Shown: positions 1 through 10,414, counted from the stretch's first letter. The stretch: DNA of 64,000 nt from Pseudomonadota bacterium (GCA_043767805.1 JAYUGC010000071.1:723-64722), one strand, 5' to 3'. Translations and numbers: made by a program. Notes: a model not told the origin generated them from the letters alone.

Positions 1-87
1 GGGCTTGAACCCACTTGTCGTCGATAAAATCACCAGTCCAAGTAAGAGCGACCCGATACGACCGAACTTGCCCACGTCTACCCCCAT
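1..87 (-). CDS. Possible 5' end of a secreted protein running off the window edge
   Basis: Minus frame from ATG at 87 reads MGVDVGKFGRIGSLLLGLVILSTTSGFKP, a signal-peptide-like stretch open to the window edge. Confidence 0.35.
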   Translation of the reverse strand, partial: MGVDVGKFGRIGSLLLGLVILSTTSGFKP

Positions 88-180
88 CCGTAACCCAGAG
101 GGCCCACATTAGTCAGTCTATTGGGTCTGTAAACTCAAGAGAGGCGGGGGTTGTGGACGGACGATAACGGGCGTGGAGAA

Positions 181-3100
181 CTAGAGTTTGAGGCGGCCAC
201 CGCCCGCACACCAACCGGAGCAATCACCGTTGAGATTGTAGGCGCTCTGGCCGCCGTAAATAAGAAGATAGCCCGCGCCTACAACGGAAGTGTGAAACGA
301 GCGGGCCAAGGGCCCGCCGTAAGTGGTAATCGCAGTCCAGGCGTCAGTAGCCGGGTCGTAATAAGCGCCGCCACTGTAACCAGTCGCAGCGCCGTTACCG
401 AACGTGCCGCCCCAAACCGCCATCTTGGATCCGGTCCATACGATAGTGTTGTCGGTCCAATGCACTGGGGCGTTCGTCGTCGACATCGACGCCCAGGTAT
501 TGGTCACGGGATTGTATTTTCCCACGGTGAAACTGTTGAGGTTCCGTGCGTAAACCAACATGCGGGCGCCACCCCAAACCGCCTTAGGCGCAATGGTTGC
601 GCCGGGGGTCGGCTGTCCCGTCGAGCTCATTACGGTCCAAGTGTTCGTGGCAAGCGTGTAAACGCCGCCCGTCACAATATAGTTGCCGCCCCAGATCAGC
701 AGTTGGGTTCCCGTCCAAACTCCCGCTTGTCCATAGCGGGCGGCGGGAGCAGTGGTCGTTGAAATGCGAGTCCATTGTGCCGTGGTAGGATCATAAAGGC
801 TTCCCGCATTTGTGCTGATGCCTCCGTACCCGTAGGTATCCACGCCGCCCCAAATGAGCATTTTCGAGCCAGTCCACACCCCAGTGGCGTCCACGCCGGC
901 CGGATGCACGTTGGCGCCGGTTCCAGTAGGCGTCCAAGTGTTACTCGCGAAATCGTAAACGCCGCCCGTGCTGGTGCCTTGCCAGAAAGCGATACGGCCG
1001 CCCCAAATGATCATTTTGGTCCCAGTCCAGACGGCGTTGGGCTGAATGCGCGCTTGCGGCGCATTAGTCGAAGACATCGCCGTCCACGAGTCGGTGACCG
1101 GGTTGTAAATGCCTCCACTATTTAGCATGACGGTGGGTTGGTCACTGCCCGCGCCATTTCGCCCGCCCCAAATGAGCATGCGCGAGCCCGTCCAGACTGC
1201 CGCATGCATACCGCGTCCCGTCGGGGCGCCGGTCGTGGTGATGGTTAGCCAATCTCCCGGGCCTAGATAAGTGAAAGCGTTGCGAACTCCGTAAGCCCCG
1301 TCCGTGTGGGTGGCCCTCACCTCTACCGTGCCATTCGTCGACGAAGCGGGCGTCACGCAGGTGAACTGAGTCGAATTGACGTAGACGAGGCTCGTGCAAT
1401 TGACGCCATTGAATTTCACCGTGTCCGTCGACTGGAAATTCGTTCCGGTTACAGTCACCGGCGTTCCGCCCGCGACAGGACCGCTCGAAGGAGCAACGGT
1501 GCGTATGGTCGGGACCAAGGCATAGGTATAGCCGTTGTAGAGACTACCCGAGATTCCGGACGTATTTGTTACGAGAACGGTGTACATACCGGCGGCTTTC
1601 GCCCCGGTCGTACAGGTGATGGAGGTCGAAGTGACTACCACGACTGAAGTGCAAGCCGTCCCGCCAATGGAAACCGTAGCTCCCGAGCGATACCCGCTAC
1701 CGGTAAGAGTTATCGGAGTGCCACCCGCCGTGGAACCGCCCGAGGGACTTATCGAGAAGAGGCGCGGGGGAAACTGGAAAGTAAAACCGTTAGTCAAAGT
1801 GCCCGTGCCCGGTGTTGTCGTGACCGATACGTTTACGGCCCCCTCACTCGCAGACGACGGCGCCGTACAAAGCAGCATTCCGTAAAAGAGATAGGTCGTC
1901 GACAAACAGGCCACTCCACCAATCGAAGCGGTTGCGTTGGACTCGAAACCGGTGCCGAAGATGCTAGTGGCCGTGCCACCCGAGGTGGTGCCTACATTAG
2001 GCGTAATGGAAGTCACGATCGGTGTGGCGGCGGTATAAGTGTACCCATTTAGCTTTTCGCCCCCATAGCCGTCATCCCTATTAGTGACGGTTACGGTGAC
2101 GGCTCCCGCGTTGAAGGGAGGGACCGTGCAAGTAATTGACGTCGAGCTGACGAAAACGATGGAATCGCAGTAGCGACCCGGGCCGATCTCGACGTACGGA
2201 TTCGTATGAAAATTTAATCCGGTAATGGTAATGGCCGTACCGCCGTGTACGGTTCCCGAGGACGGAGAGACGGTCGAAACGACGGGAGTATCGACGTACT
2301 GATAGGCGCCGACCGCAGTGGCGCTCTGTAAATCCGTATTCGTGACGACGACATTGACCGTGCCCGCCGCGTGCGCGCCAGTGTCGCAAGTCAGTAGGGT
2401 GCTACCGTAAAATTGAATCGAACCGCAATTTACGCCGCCCACACTGACCGTTGCCCCTGCATTGAAATTGGATCCCCGTATCGTGATGTTCTGGCCTCCC
2501 AAGGAAGTTCCGAGGTTAGGCGATACTGACGTAATCAACGGCGCACTTTGGTAGGTGAACCCATTGGTGAGCGTGCCCGTGCCGCCCGTAGTGGTGACGA
2601 CTACGTTAACCGCACCCGCCGCATGGGCGCCTGTCGTGCAATGAATCTGGGTTGCGGAGTCGACGACAAGCGTGCCACAACTCACGCCCCCGATGGACAC
2701 GGTCGAACCGGCTTCGAACGCCGTTCCGCGAATGGTGACCACGGTACCACCGGCCAAGGGCCCAGCCGCGGGCGCAATCGACGTGACGGTCGGCGCTGCA
2801 GCCGTATAGGTGAAGGCGGAGGCTTTAGTGCCCGCAAACGTATCCGAATTAGTCACAGTCACCGTCACCGCACCGGCCGCATGCGATGAAGTCGTGCAGG
2901 TTATGGAGGTGACACTTGCCACAACAAGCGAACCGCAACTCGATCCGCCGAAACTTGCTGTCGCGCCGGCAAGAAATCCGGTGCCTGTAATGGTGACCGG
3001 CGTTCCGCCGCCCACGACTCCCGAAGCGGGACTAACGGAGCTGACCGTGGGAGGGTCGCGGTACGTAAACGCACTACCCAGCGTGACCGACTGGCCGTCG

Positions 3101-6100
3101 GCATTAGTGACAATGATGTCATACGTGCCCGCCGCTTTGGCCGGCGTGACGCAACCAATTTGGGTCGAGCTGATAAGGTTGACCCCGTTGCAAATGCTTC
3201 CGCCTACCGTGACGGATACGCCAGCGAGAAATCCCGTGCCCGTGATGGTTATGGGAGTCGTTATTTGAGAATTCCCGAGGGTAGGAGCTACCGACGAAAT
3301 CGTCGGCGCAGGTTGATAAGTGTAGCTATTGGACAAAGTGCCCGTGCCGCCCGAGGTGGTAACCGCGACGGATACCAACCCTGCGGCATGAGACGTCGTC
3401 AAGCAAGTGAGGCGCGTTAAGCTCACGATGACCAAGCTCGCGCAGTTCGATCCGCCCAGCGCGGCAGTCGCTCCCGCAATGAAACCCGTTCCGGTAATGG
3501 TGACGGGGGTATCGCCCAGGGTATTACCGGCGATCGGCGTAATGGCGGTCACGACGGGCGCCGCCGCGGTATAGGTGTACGCGGTCGCCCTATTTCCGTT
3601 TTGGCCATCACTGTTGGTGACGGTAACGGTCACAGCCCCGACGGCATGTGCCGTGGTGGTACAAGTAATCGAAGTGCTGCTAGCCACGTTCACGCCGGCG
3701 CAAGCCGAGCCGCCGAAATCGACGGTGGCGCCAGAAACGAAACCCGTACCAGTGAGAGTTACCGGAGTCCCGCCATTGAGAATTCCTGTAGCAGGGCTCA
3801 CGTCCGCCGTAATCGTCGGAGCCGCCCGGTACGTATATCCGCTGGTAAGCGTTCCGGTTTGACCGACTGAGGTCACCACCACGTTGACCGCCCCGGCCGC
3901 ATGCGCGCCCGTGGTGCAGGTAATTTGCGTCCTGGAATCAACCGTAAGCGTGCCGCAGTTAACTCCGTCAATGGCAACGGTAGCCGCCGAATGATAATTG
4001 GTACCGCGAATGACGACGACCGTTCCGCCCGCCGTCGACCCGCCGGAGGGGGTGATATTGGCCACCGTGGGCGCGCCCCAATAAGTAAAGGCATTGTCCA
4101 GGTGGCCTTCCGCGCCGTCAGCGTTGGTAACCTTGACCGTAACCGGACCAGCGCCGTGAGCCGGCAAAGTACAGGTGTAGAGGATCGCGCTCGAGAAAGA
4201 GGCGGAGCCACACGTCACTCCGCCGAAATCGATGGTCGCCCCAGTTACGAAGCCGGTCCCGTTGATAGTTACCGTGCCTCCGCCAGCAATGGCGCCGAAG
4301 GTCGGGGTCACACTGGTAACCGTAGGAGGCGAAACGTAAGTGAAAGCGTTCGTCAAAGTGGCGGTGGTCCCGTCTGGATTGGTAATGACCACGTTCACCG
4401 CCCCGGCCGCATGAGCGCCCGTGGAACAAGTAAGATCCGTCGTCCCGGTGACGAAGGGGTTCGTACAAGTCACGCCTCCGACGGTGACAGTGGCCGCTCT
4501 GTCGAAATTTGTTCCCGTCAGAACGATCGCCGTACCGCCTAAAGTAGTCCCTGAAGTGGGAGCAACAGCCGAGAGAGTGAGGGTCGGAAGGTAAGTGAAC
4601 GCGTTCGTCGCGGTTCCCGTCGAGGAGTTTACGGTCACCACCACGTCCACCTGCCCGGCCGCATGCGCGCCCGTGGTACAACGAACTTCCGTGGAGCTGA
4701 TGAAACTAAACGAACCGCAGCTCACCCCACCGAGAGCCACCGAGGTAACCGAGTTCACGAAACCACTACCCAAGATGGTAACTGGAGTCCCTCCGGCACT
4801 TGAGCCAACGGTCGGACTAATGGAGTTGATTTGGGGCGAGCTCGAAAATACGCCCGTGGTGATATCGATCTTGGTCGTCAAAGCGCCGGTATAAGTTCCG
4901 TCCCCACCGCGCCCGACGGCGTATACGTAGGAAGTATCCGCGAAATAGGACATGGCATTTAAGACTTCGTCGTAAGAACCGAGCGCGCTCGATGAGGAGA
5001 TGCCGTTCGTGCCGAAGCCATTTACTAAAGCTCCCGCGGAACTGATTTTTGCGGCCACCGGATCATAGTTGGTGCCGTTGTAAACCGTTCCCACCATGAT
5101 GATGTTGGTTCCGCTCGGCGGCGGCTCGACGGTATTCAGAATACAGTCTTGGGTCGGCGTAGTGCCGCCGTTGTGAGAAAAGATGGTAATGCCCTTCAAG
5201 TTCGTTCCGCCGGTAATGGTGACGGAACCGAAGCCGGGATCGAGCGTACCGGGCGAGGTCGAAGTTCGCACCGCAACCGCGGCGCAGTTCCAAGGCGGAG
5301 TCGTATCGTTAATGCGGGTCGCGCCCACGGCAACCACGTACGTCGAAAAGACGGCGAGGCTCGTGGGAATAGAGTCGGTACCGCCGCCCGCTTGAGTCAT
5401 GTCGATGACGTCGCCCCAGGGGCTCGCGCTCTCGGCGAAGGCTGTCGTAAAGCGATGGACAAAGAAGTGGTTTGAGCCTGAGGTCTCCGTCGACGTTACG
5501 TAATAGTTGGTGCTACCGCCTACCGCGACGGCGGTGGCTGTTCCGTCGATACGGGCGACGGTGTTCGAGTTGACGAACGCGCCATTGGACCCTTCATAGC
5601 CCGCCACGAAAGGATGAAAAACACCTGGGGTATAAAACCCGATCGCGCCCGCGATGATCACGCGGCTGTTGTTGGCGTCCCAGGCGATGCCACGTACGAA
5701 CGCATGGCCCTTTACGGCGGTTCCGCCTAAAGCCGTCGACACCACGCCCCCCGTACCGAACGTCGCGTCGAGCGTGCCGTTGCGATTGAACTTCATGATG
5801 CGTATGTCGTAGTAGCCGGTCGAAGTCATCGAGCGGCAGGCAGTGAAATAGTGGGTGGTGCTGGCGACGACGGAGTTACAGAGATTGTCGTAACCCGAGA
5901 CTTCGAAATCTCTGAGAATTTTGCCGTTCAGATTGGCGTTGGTCGCCAAAGCGACGTCTTCACGGCCGCTGGCTTTCAAATAGCCGCCGACGATGGCCTG
6001 ATACTGAGTCCCCACCCAGCTGCGGCCGACGGAAACGAATTGCGTGGAGGAACCGGGCTCGAGAGCGGTGCCGCGGTAGACGGTATTTCCCGGGCCGACG

Positions 6101-6207
6101 ATCTCCAGCCGGCCGAAGCCCGCGTCCGCGAAAGCAGCCGTCGGCGCAAAGCAAAGCGCGGCAAAGGCTCCAATGGCAATTAGAATTTTCTTAAACGCAC
6201 GTTCCAC
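181..6207 (-). CDS. Giant secreted surface protein: N-terminal delta-60-like repeats, 14 IPT/TIG domains, C-terminal Kelch-like beta-propeller
   Basis: Signal peptide (KKILIAIGAFAALCFAPTAAFA) after GTG 6207 (ORF extends to 6231); GxLDxxFG motifs; 14 repeats of PxxxSxxPxxGxxxGGTxVTIxG; six xVWTGxxMxxWGG-type blades. Confidence 0.9.
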   Translation of the reverse strand: MERAFKKILIAIGAFAALCFAPTAAFADAGFGRLEIVGPGNTVYRGTALEPGSSTQFVSVGRSWVGTQYQAIVGGYLKASGREDVALATNANLNGKILRDFEVSGYDNLCNSVVASTTHYFTACRSMTSTGYYDIRIMKFNRNGTLDATFGTGGVVSTALGGTAVKGHAFVRGIAWDANNSRVIIAGAIGFYTPGVFHPFVAGYEGSNGAFVNSNTVARIDGTATAVAVGGSTNYYVTSTETSGSNHFFVHRFTTAFAESASPWGDVIDMTQAGGGTDSIPTSLAVFSTYVVAVGATRINDTTPPWNCAAVAVRTSTSPGTLDPGFGSVTITGGTNLKGITIFSHNGGTTPTQDCILNTVEPPPSGTNIIMVGTVYNGTNYDPVAAKISSAGALVNGFGTNGISSSSALGSYDEVLNAMSYFADTSYVYAVGRGGDGTYTGALTTKIDITTGVFSSSPQINSISPTVGSSAGGTPVTILGSGFVNSVTSVALGGVSCGSFSFISSTEVRCTTGAHAAGQVDVVVTVNSSTGTATNAFTYLPTLTLSAVAPTSGTTLGGTAIVLTGTNFDRAATVTVGGVTCTNPFVTGTTDLTCSTGAHAAGAVNVVITNPDGTTATLTNAFTYVSPPTVTSVTPTFGAIAGGGTVTINGTGFVTGATIDFGGVTCGSASFSSAILYTCTLPAHGAGPVTVKVTNADGAEGHLDNAFTYWGAPTVANITPSGGSTAGGTVVVIRGTNYHSAATVAIDGVNCGTLTVDSRTQITCTTGAHAAGAVNVVVTSVGQTGTLTSGYTYRAAPTITADVSPATGILNGGTPVTLTGTGFVSGATVDFGGSACAGVNVASSTSITCTTTAHAVGAVTVTVTNSDGQNGNRATAYTYTAAAPVVTAITPIAGNTLGDTPVTITGTGFIAGATAALGGSNCASLVIVSLTRLTCLTTSHAAGLVSVAVTTSGGTGTLSNSYTYQPAPTISSVAPTLGNSQITTPITITGTGFLAGVSVTVGGSICNGVNLISSTQIGCVTPAKAAGTYDIIVTNADGQSVTLGSAFTYRDPPTVSSVSPASGVVGGGTPVTITGTGFLAGATASFGGSSCGSLVVASVTSITCTTSSHAAGAVTVTVTNSDTFAGTKASAFTYTAAAPTVTSIAPAAGPLAGGTVVTIRGTAFEAGSTVSIGGVSCGTLVVDSATQIHCTTGAHAAGAVNVVVTTTGGTGTLTNGFTYQSAPLITSVSPNLGTSLGGQNITIRGSNFNAGATVSVGGVNCGSIQFYGSTLLTCDTGAHAAGTVNVVVTNTDLQSATAVGAYQYVDTPVVSTVSPSSGTVHGGTAITITGLNFHTNPYVEIGPGRYCDSIVFVSSTSITCTVPPFNAGAVTVTVTNRDDGYGGEKLNGYTYTAATPIVTSITPNVGTTSGGTATSIFGTGFESNATASIGGVACLSTTYLFYGMLLCTAPSSASEGAVNVSVTTTPGTGTLTNGFTFQFPPRLFSISPSGGSTAGGTPITLTGSGYRSGATVSIGGTACTSVVVVTSTSITCTTGAKAAGMYTVLVTNTSGISGSLYNGYTYALVPTIRTVAPSSGPVAGGTPVTVTGTNFQSTDTVKFNGVNCTSLVYVNSTQFTCVTPASSTNGTVEVRATHTDGAYGVRNAFTYLGPGDWLTITTTGAPTGRGMHAAVWTGSRMLIWGGRNGAGSDQPTVMLNSGGIYNPVTDSWTAMSSTNAPQARIQPNAVWTGTKMIIWGGRIAFWQGTSTGGVYDFASNTWTPTGTGANVHPAGVDATGVWTGSKMLIWGGVDTYGYGGISTNAGSLYDPTTAQWTRISTTTAPAARYGQAGVWTGTQLLIWGGNYIVTGGVYTLATNTWTVMSSTGQPTPGATIAPKAVWGGARMLVYARNLNSFTVGKYNPVTNTWASMSTTNAPVHWTDNTIVWTGSKMAVWGGTFGNGAATGYSGGAYYDPATDAWTAITTYGGPLARSFHTSVVGAGYLLIYGGQSAYNLNGDCSGWCAGGGRLKL

Positions 6208-6491
6208 GTTTTCACCGAAGTGAATGAGCAAAATTTCGGAGATTTTTGGGCTAGGCTTAATTGTAAGCCCAGTCTGTCAAAGGATTGTGTCGTTGCCTCC
6301 ATAGATCGGTTTATTGAGGGCGGCCGTATAGGCCTATTGACCTCTCCCGGCCAAGTCCTTGAAATCCCGTGCCATCTGAATTTGGCACAGGGCGTGATCC
6401 TGGGACGCCCCTCAGGCACTCGGGAAGGTTCCCGGCGTGCCTGGCCTGGAGGAGCGCGGAAGGGTAGAATGGGATCACTTCCTTCCTTTCC

Positions 6492-7943
6492 ATGAAAAAT
6501 CTCATTCTCAGTTACCTCCATCAGGTCATCGTGTACGTCGACGAAAGCCTGTACGTGATGACGTGGGTGGACGCCCTCGACGTAAGCGTCATGGCGGTTT
6601 TTCTCTGTCTGTCGCTCGTCTGGGTTCAGCGCCGCACGTCGTGGACGATATTATTCGCCGTTTTCCCGATGCTCATCACCTTCGTCCTCGCCAAAAGCCT
6701 CAAGATGTATCTGACCTCCAAAGTTTTTCAGATCGGTCTTACCGCCCTTTCGGTCAGCATCGTCATCATTTTCCAAGACGATTTCCGGCGCGCGTTCGAG
6801 TCCCTTTCGTCGTGGCGCTTGTGGGGTAAGAAGAAGGACTCGGCGCTTTCCGGACAGGTCGCCGATACCTTGGTCGAGTGTCTGTTCGCTTTCGGCAATA
6901 GCAAGACAGGCGCCCTCATCGTCATAGGCGGCCGCCAAGCTCTCAACGCGCATCTGAGAGCGGGCATTCCCGTGCACGGCCAAGTGAGCGGCCCGCTCCT
7001 TCAGAGCATCTTCGATCCGAACTCTCCGGGACACGACGGCGCGGTCATCATCACCAATGGCGTGCTGGAAAAATTCGGCGCCCACCTGCCCCTTTCCAGA
7101 AACTCCGACGCCACCGGCAGACTCGGCACTCGCCATGCCGCGGCCCTCGGGCTTGCCGAAAAATGCGACGCGCTCGTGCTCGTCGTCTCCGAAGAGACGG
7201 GAACCGTCAGTCTCGCGCGAAACGGAAAGCTCGTTGCCGCCAAAAACGAGGGCGCGGTCAAAGACGCGATCCGCGATCAGTACCGCCGCCTGCGCCCCCT
7301 TCCCCACCGCAGCCTCCTGGAAATTCCGTGGGGACGGCTCGCCGCTTCGTTCCTGCTTTCGTTCGCGCTCTGGACCGTTTTCGCGCGGCCCGTAAATCTC
7401 GTTCAGCGCATGATCGAAGTGCCCATCGTTTACCGCGGCCTTCCCAAAGCCTGGGAAGCCAAGCAACCTGACCCGGTGAAAGTCCGCCTGACTTTGCTCG
7501 GCCCCCAAGGATCGGTGCTGGGGATCGAGCCCGGCAATCTTTCCGTTACCCTCGATCTCTCCAAAGCGAGAGAGGGGCAACAGAACTTCGTCATCAGCGA
7601 GAGCAACCTCGTACTCCCGCCGCACATTCGCATCAAGAGGATCGAGCCCTCCGAAGTCTCCGTACACGCTTACACCACTCTCGATTACTCAGTGCCGGTA
7701 GCTTTGATCTGGCTCGAGGGTCTCGAGCGGTCGCCTAGCAGCGCTCAGGTGCGCCTGACTCCGACGACCGTGTCTCTTCGCATTCCCCGCTCCGCTTCGC
7801 CGCCCAAGGTGCTGGAGACCGAGCCGGTCGATGCCAAAGAGCTGAAGAAGGCAGGAAAAATGAAAGTGAAGTTGCGGCTCCCCAAAGACGTTCAGATGTC
7901 CGGCATGCTCGATCCGGAAGTCGACATCTCGCTTATTAAATAA
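6492..7943 (+). CDS. cdaA: Diadenylate cyclase (CdaA/DisA_N) fused to a YbbR/CdaR-like domain
   Basis: N-terminal TM helices, IIFQDDFRRA, HDGAVII and GTRHAAALGL catalytic-type motifs, VVSEETG, then a TM and YbbR-like beta domain(s). Confidence 0.85.
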   Translation: MKNLILSYLHQVIVYVDESLYVMTWVDALDVSVMAVFLCLSLVWVQRRTSWTILFAVFPMLITFVLAKSLKMYLTSKVFQIGLTALSVSIVIIFQDDFRRAFESLSSWRLWGKKKDSALSGQVADTLVECLFAFGNSKTGALIVIGGRQALNAHLRAGIPVHGQVSGPLLQSIFDPNSPGHDGAVIITNGVLEKFGAHLPLSRNSDATGRLGTRHAAALGLAEKCDALVLVVSEETGTVSLARNGKLVAAKNEGAVKDAIRDQYRRLRPLPHRSLLEIPWGRLAASFLLSFALWTVFARPVNLVQRMIEVPIVYRGLPKAWEAKQPDPVKVRLTLLGPQGSVLGIEPGNLSVTLDLSKAREGQQNFVISESNLVLPPHIRIKRIEPSEVSVHAYTTLDYSVPVALIWLEGLERSPSSAQVRLTPTTVSLRIPRSASPPKVLETEPVDAKELKKAGKMKVKLRLPKDVQMSGMLDPEVDISLIK

Positions 7944-7995
7944 TTGCTTTTGTAGCGATCTGCAGCGCCTCCTCGCTCCGCCGTGTAGGCATTTT

Positions 7996-8012
7996 TAGGC
8001 ACAGTGCTTGCA
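7996..8012 (+). promoter_or_regulatory. Sigma-54 (-24/-12) promoter candidate
   Basis: TAGGCAC-AGTGC-TTGCA matches TGGCAC-N5-TTGCW with correct GG-N10-GC spacing, 32 nt upstream of the BON gene. Confidence 0.65.
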
Positions 8013-8044
8013 ATGCGATTCCCACAAGTAAAGGGGAACCGCAA

Positions 8045-8482
8045 ATGAACCGCGCTCAACCGTTTCTAAAAGTTAGTTATATCGCTCTCGCCTTGGTCGC
8101 CTTTTCCGCGACAGGCGCGACCGTGGTCAAGAAAACCACCACGGTTACGTCCCTTGAAGATCCGGGCTCGGATCATGCCGTCGATAACTCAGGCATCAAC
8201 GAGGACCACCGCGGAAAAATCACCGCCGACGATCAAAGCAGGAACCGTTCCGATACGGACATCACGGCAGGGATCCGTAAGGCACTCATTGCCGACGACC
8301 TGCTCTCCACCTACGCCCACAACGTGAAAATCATCACGAAGGACGGGCGGGTCACTCTGAAGGGGCCGGTCCGTTCGGCCGCGGAAAAACTTAAAATCGG
8401 AAGAGTCGCTAGCAATATCGCCGGCGCGAAAAGAGTCAGCAACTTATTGGATGTAAGTCCTGTTAAAAAAGAAGGGGAATAG
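8045..8482 (+). CDS. BON-domain (OsmY-like) exported protein
   Basis: Signal peptide; DTDITAGIRKALIADD...AHNVKIIT..GRVTLKGPV...VSNLLDV. Confidence 0.85.
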   Translation: MNRAQPFLKVSYIALALVAFSATGATVVKKTTTVTSLEDPGSDHAVDNSGINEDHRGKITADDQSRNRSDTDITAGIRKALIADDLLSTYAHNVKIITKDGRVTLKGPVRSAAEKLKIGRVASNIAGAKRVSNLLDVSPVKKEGE

Positions 8483-8487
8483 ATTAA

Positions 8488-9060
8488 ATGAATGAAGAAA
8501 AAAAGAATATTGTCGTGTACGGCATCTTCGATACCCGTTTTAACGTGGAGGAAGCCGTGGACGAGCTCAAAGCCCGCGGGTTTCGTAACACGGATATTTC
8601 GGTGCTGATGGCCGACTCGCAAGGTGCGAAAGAGTTCGCTCATGAAAAGGACACCAAAGCACCCGAAGGTACGGCTATCGGCGTCAGCACCGGCGCTGTA
8701 GTCGGCGGCTCCCTTGGCTGGCTCGCGGGCATCGGAGCGCTCGCCATTCCGGCGGTCGGTCCCCTCATCGCGGCGGGCCCCATCATGGCGTTACTTGCCG
8801 GCGCGGGACTCGGCGGCGCCATCGGCGGTCTCACGGGTGCGCTTATCGGCATGGGCCTTCCCGAGTACGAAGCGAAACGCTTCGAGGGTCGCATCAAAAA
8901 TGGCGGCATCTTGGCGTCCATCCATTGCGACAACGACACCTGGGCCAAACACGCCAAATCGATTCTCGAAGAAACGGGGGCGAAAGACATCTCGACCACG
9001 AGTGAAGCGAAAGCCGACCTACCCGCCGACGAGCACGGCCGACTCCGCAAAACCGGCTGA
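8488..9060 (+). CDS. General stress-type membrane protein with glycine zipper (DUF3341/YflT-like)
   Basis: VYGIFD...AVDELK..GF...DISVL; Gly/Ala zipper; GLPEYEAKRFEGRIKNGGIL; directly downstream of the BON gene. Confidence 0.75.
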   Translation: MNEEKKNIVVYGIFDTRFNVEEAVDELKARGFRNTDISVLMADSQGAKEFAHEKDTKAPEGTAIGVSTGAVVGGSLGWLAGIGALAIPAVGPLIAAGPIMALLAGAGLGGAIGGLTGALIGMGLPEYEAKRFEGRIKNGGILASIHCDNDTWAKHAKSILEETGAKDISTTSEAKADLPADEHGRLRKTG

Positions 9061-9084
9061 GGCCCGCTCCCCCGACTCTTTGCC

Positions 9085-9124
9085 AGCGCCCCTGCCGCCC
9101 ACGCGGTGGGGGCGCTATTTTATT
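9085..9124 (+). terminator. Rho-independent terminator
   Basis: AGCGCCCCTGCCGC-CCAC-GCGGTGGGGGCGCT hairpin followed by ATTTTATT. Confidence 0.7.
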
Positions 9125-9199
9125 AGTGCAAAATCAAGTACCTACCTTCACCGAAAAGGAAGTGATCCGGAACTCCAAAACTGGTAGGTTGCCCCACCC

Positions 9200-10405
9200 A
9201 TGGAACCCCTAAAAAGTTTTAGAGAGCTGAACCTTCCCCAACCCGTGCTGGATACCCTCGAGAAGTTGGGCTTCAAAGCTCCTACTCCCATCCAGGCGCT
9301 GACCCTTCCGGCGGCCATGGCGGGAAAAGACATTTTGGGCATCGCTCCCACGGGAACGGGAAAGACGGCGGCGTACGTGCTACCGGCTATCGCCTATCTC
9401 TACCCGCAACCCGGGCGCCAGATTTTGGTGCTCACGCCGACTCGTGAGCTCGCCACGCAGATTTTTCGTTTTCTTCGCCAGCTCGGTAAGGACATCGACT
9501 TGAAAGGATCCCTTCTTTTGGGCGGCGAGAGCATGAGCCGCCAGACGGCTGAGATGAAAAACGGCGCCGACTACATCGTCGCAACCCCGGGGCGGCTCAT
9601 CGACCATTTGAACCGCGGCCTGAAGATCACTTCCGTGGGCATGGTGGTCCTGGATGAAGTGGATCAGATGCTGACCTTGGGCTTCGTTCCCCAGGTGAAC
9701 GAGATCCTGACTCATCTCGGGAAAAAACCGCAGACTTTCCTCTTCTCGGCGACTCTCCCACCGGCGATTCAAAAGCTCGCCCGGAAGTATCTCAAAGACT
9801 CGCACAACGTGAACACCGTGGGCTCCGCCTCCGAGACGCCTAAGATCGAGGAAGAGCACATCGACACCTGCGACGACGAGAAGCCTCGCCTGCTCCTTGA
9901 TCAGGTCGAAGCGAGACCGGGAAAAATCCTGGTGTTTGCCAATACCCAAGGGCACGTGGAGAAAATCGTCCGCCATCTAAGCGACGCGGGCCAGTCGGCC
10001 GCAGGCCTTCATGGGGGCCGCTCCCACGGCGAGCGCAAACAAGCTCTGGATGCTTTCCGCCGCGGCGATCTTCGCATTTTGGTTGCCACCGATCTCGCTT
10101 CCCGCGGCATCGACGTGGTGGATATCGCCCACATCATCAACTACGACAATCCGCAAAAGCGCGAAGACTATCTGCACCGTATCGGGCGCACGGCTCGCTT
10201 GGGCCGAAAAGGCAACGCAGTCACCTTCATGGACGTGACTCGCAAACGGCAGCATTCCGCCGCGGACGCCGTCAAAGAGGCGCCCAAACCGCAGCCCAAG
10301 AAGAAGCAAGCGCGCGGGAAGAAAAAATACGTTGGGAAAGTTTTCAAGCGCTACGGCGGCTCCAAAGGCCAGGGTCCGAGCGCCGAGAAATCCCGGTCCT
10401 ACTAA
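9200..10405 (+). CDS. DEAD/DEAH-box RNA helicase
   Basis: Q motif PTPIQ, GTGKT, PTRELA, TPGRL, DEVD, SAT, SRGID, HRIGRTAR; basic C-terminal tail. Confidence 0.95.
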   Translation: MEPLKSFRELNLPQPVLDTLEKLGFKAPTPIQALTLPAAMAGKDILGIAPTGTGKTAAYVLPAIAYLYPQPGRQILVLTPTRELATQIFRFLRQLGKDIDLKGSLLLGGESMSRQTAEMKNGADYIVATPGRLIDHLNRGLKITSVGMVVLDEVDQMLTLGFVPQVNEILTHLGKKPQTFLFSATLPPAIQKLARKYLKDSHNVNTVGSASETPKIEEEHIDTCDDEKPRLLLDQVEARPGKILVFANTQGHVEKIVRHLSDAGQSAAGLHGGRSHGERKQALDAFRRGDLRILVATDLASRGIDVVDIAHIINYDNPQKREDYLHRIGRTARLGRKGNAVTFMDVTRKRQHSAADAVKEAPKPQPKKKQARGKKKYVGKVFKRYGGSKGQGPSAEKSRSY

Positions 10406-10414
10406 GCTTGTCTC

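Noticed and set aside
1-80. GGGTTCAAGCCC on the minus strand resembles a tRNA T-arm
   Set aside because: No D-arm or anticodon arm can be folded upstream; the region reads better as a signal-peptide coding frame
151-6183. Many plus-strand ORFs opposite the IPT gene
   Set aside because: Antisense shadows of a GC-rich repetitive CDS with no recognisable motifs
6359-6374. TGGCACGGGATTTCAA, a possible sigma54 promoter for the IPT gene
   Set aside because: The -12 element is TTCA rather than TTGC; not strong enough to call
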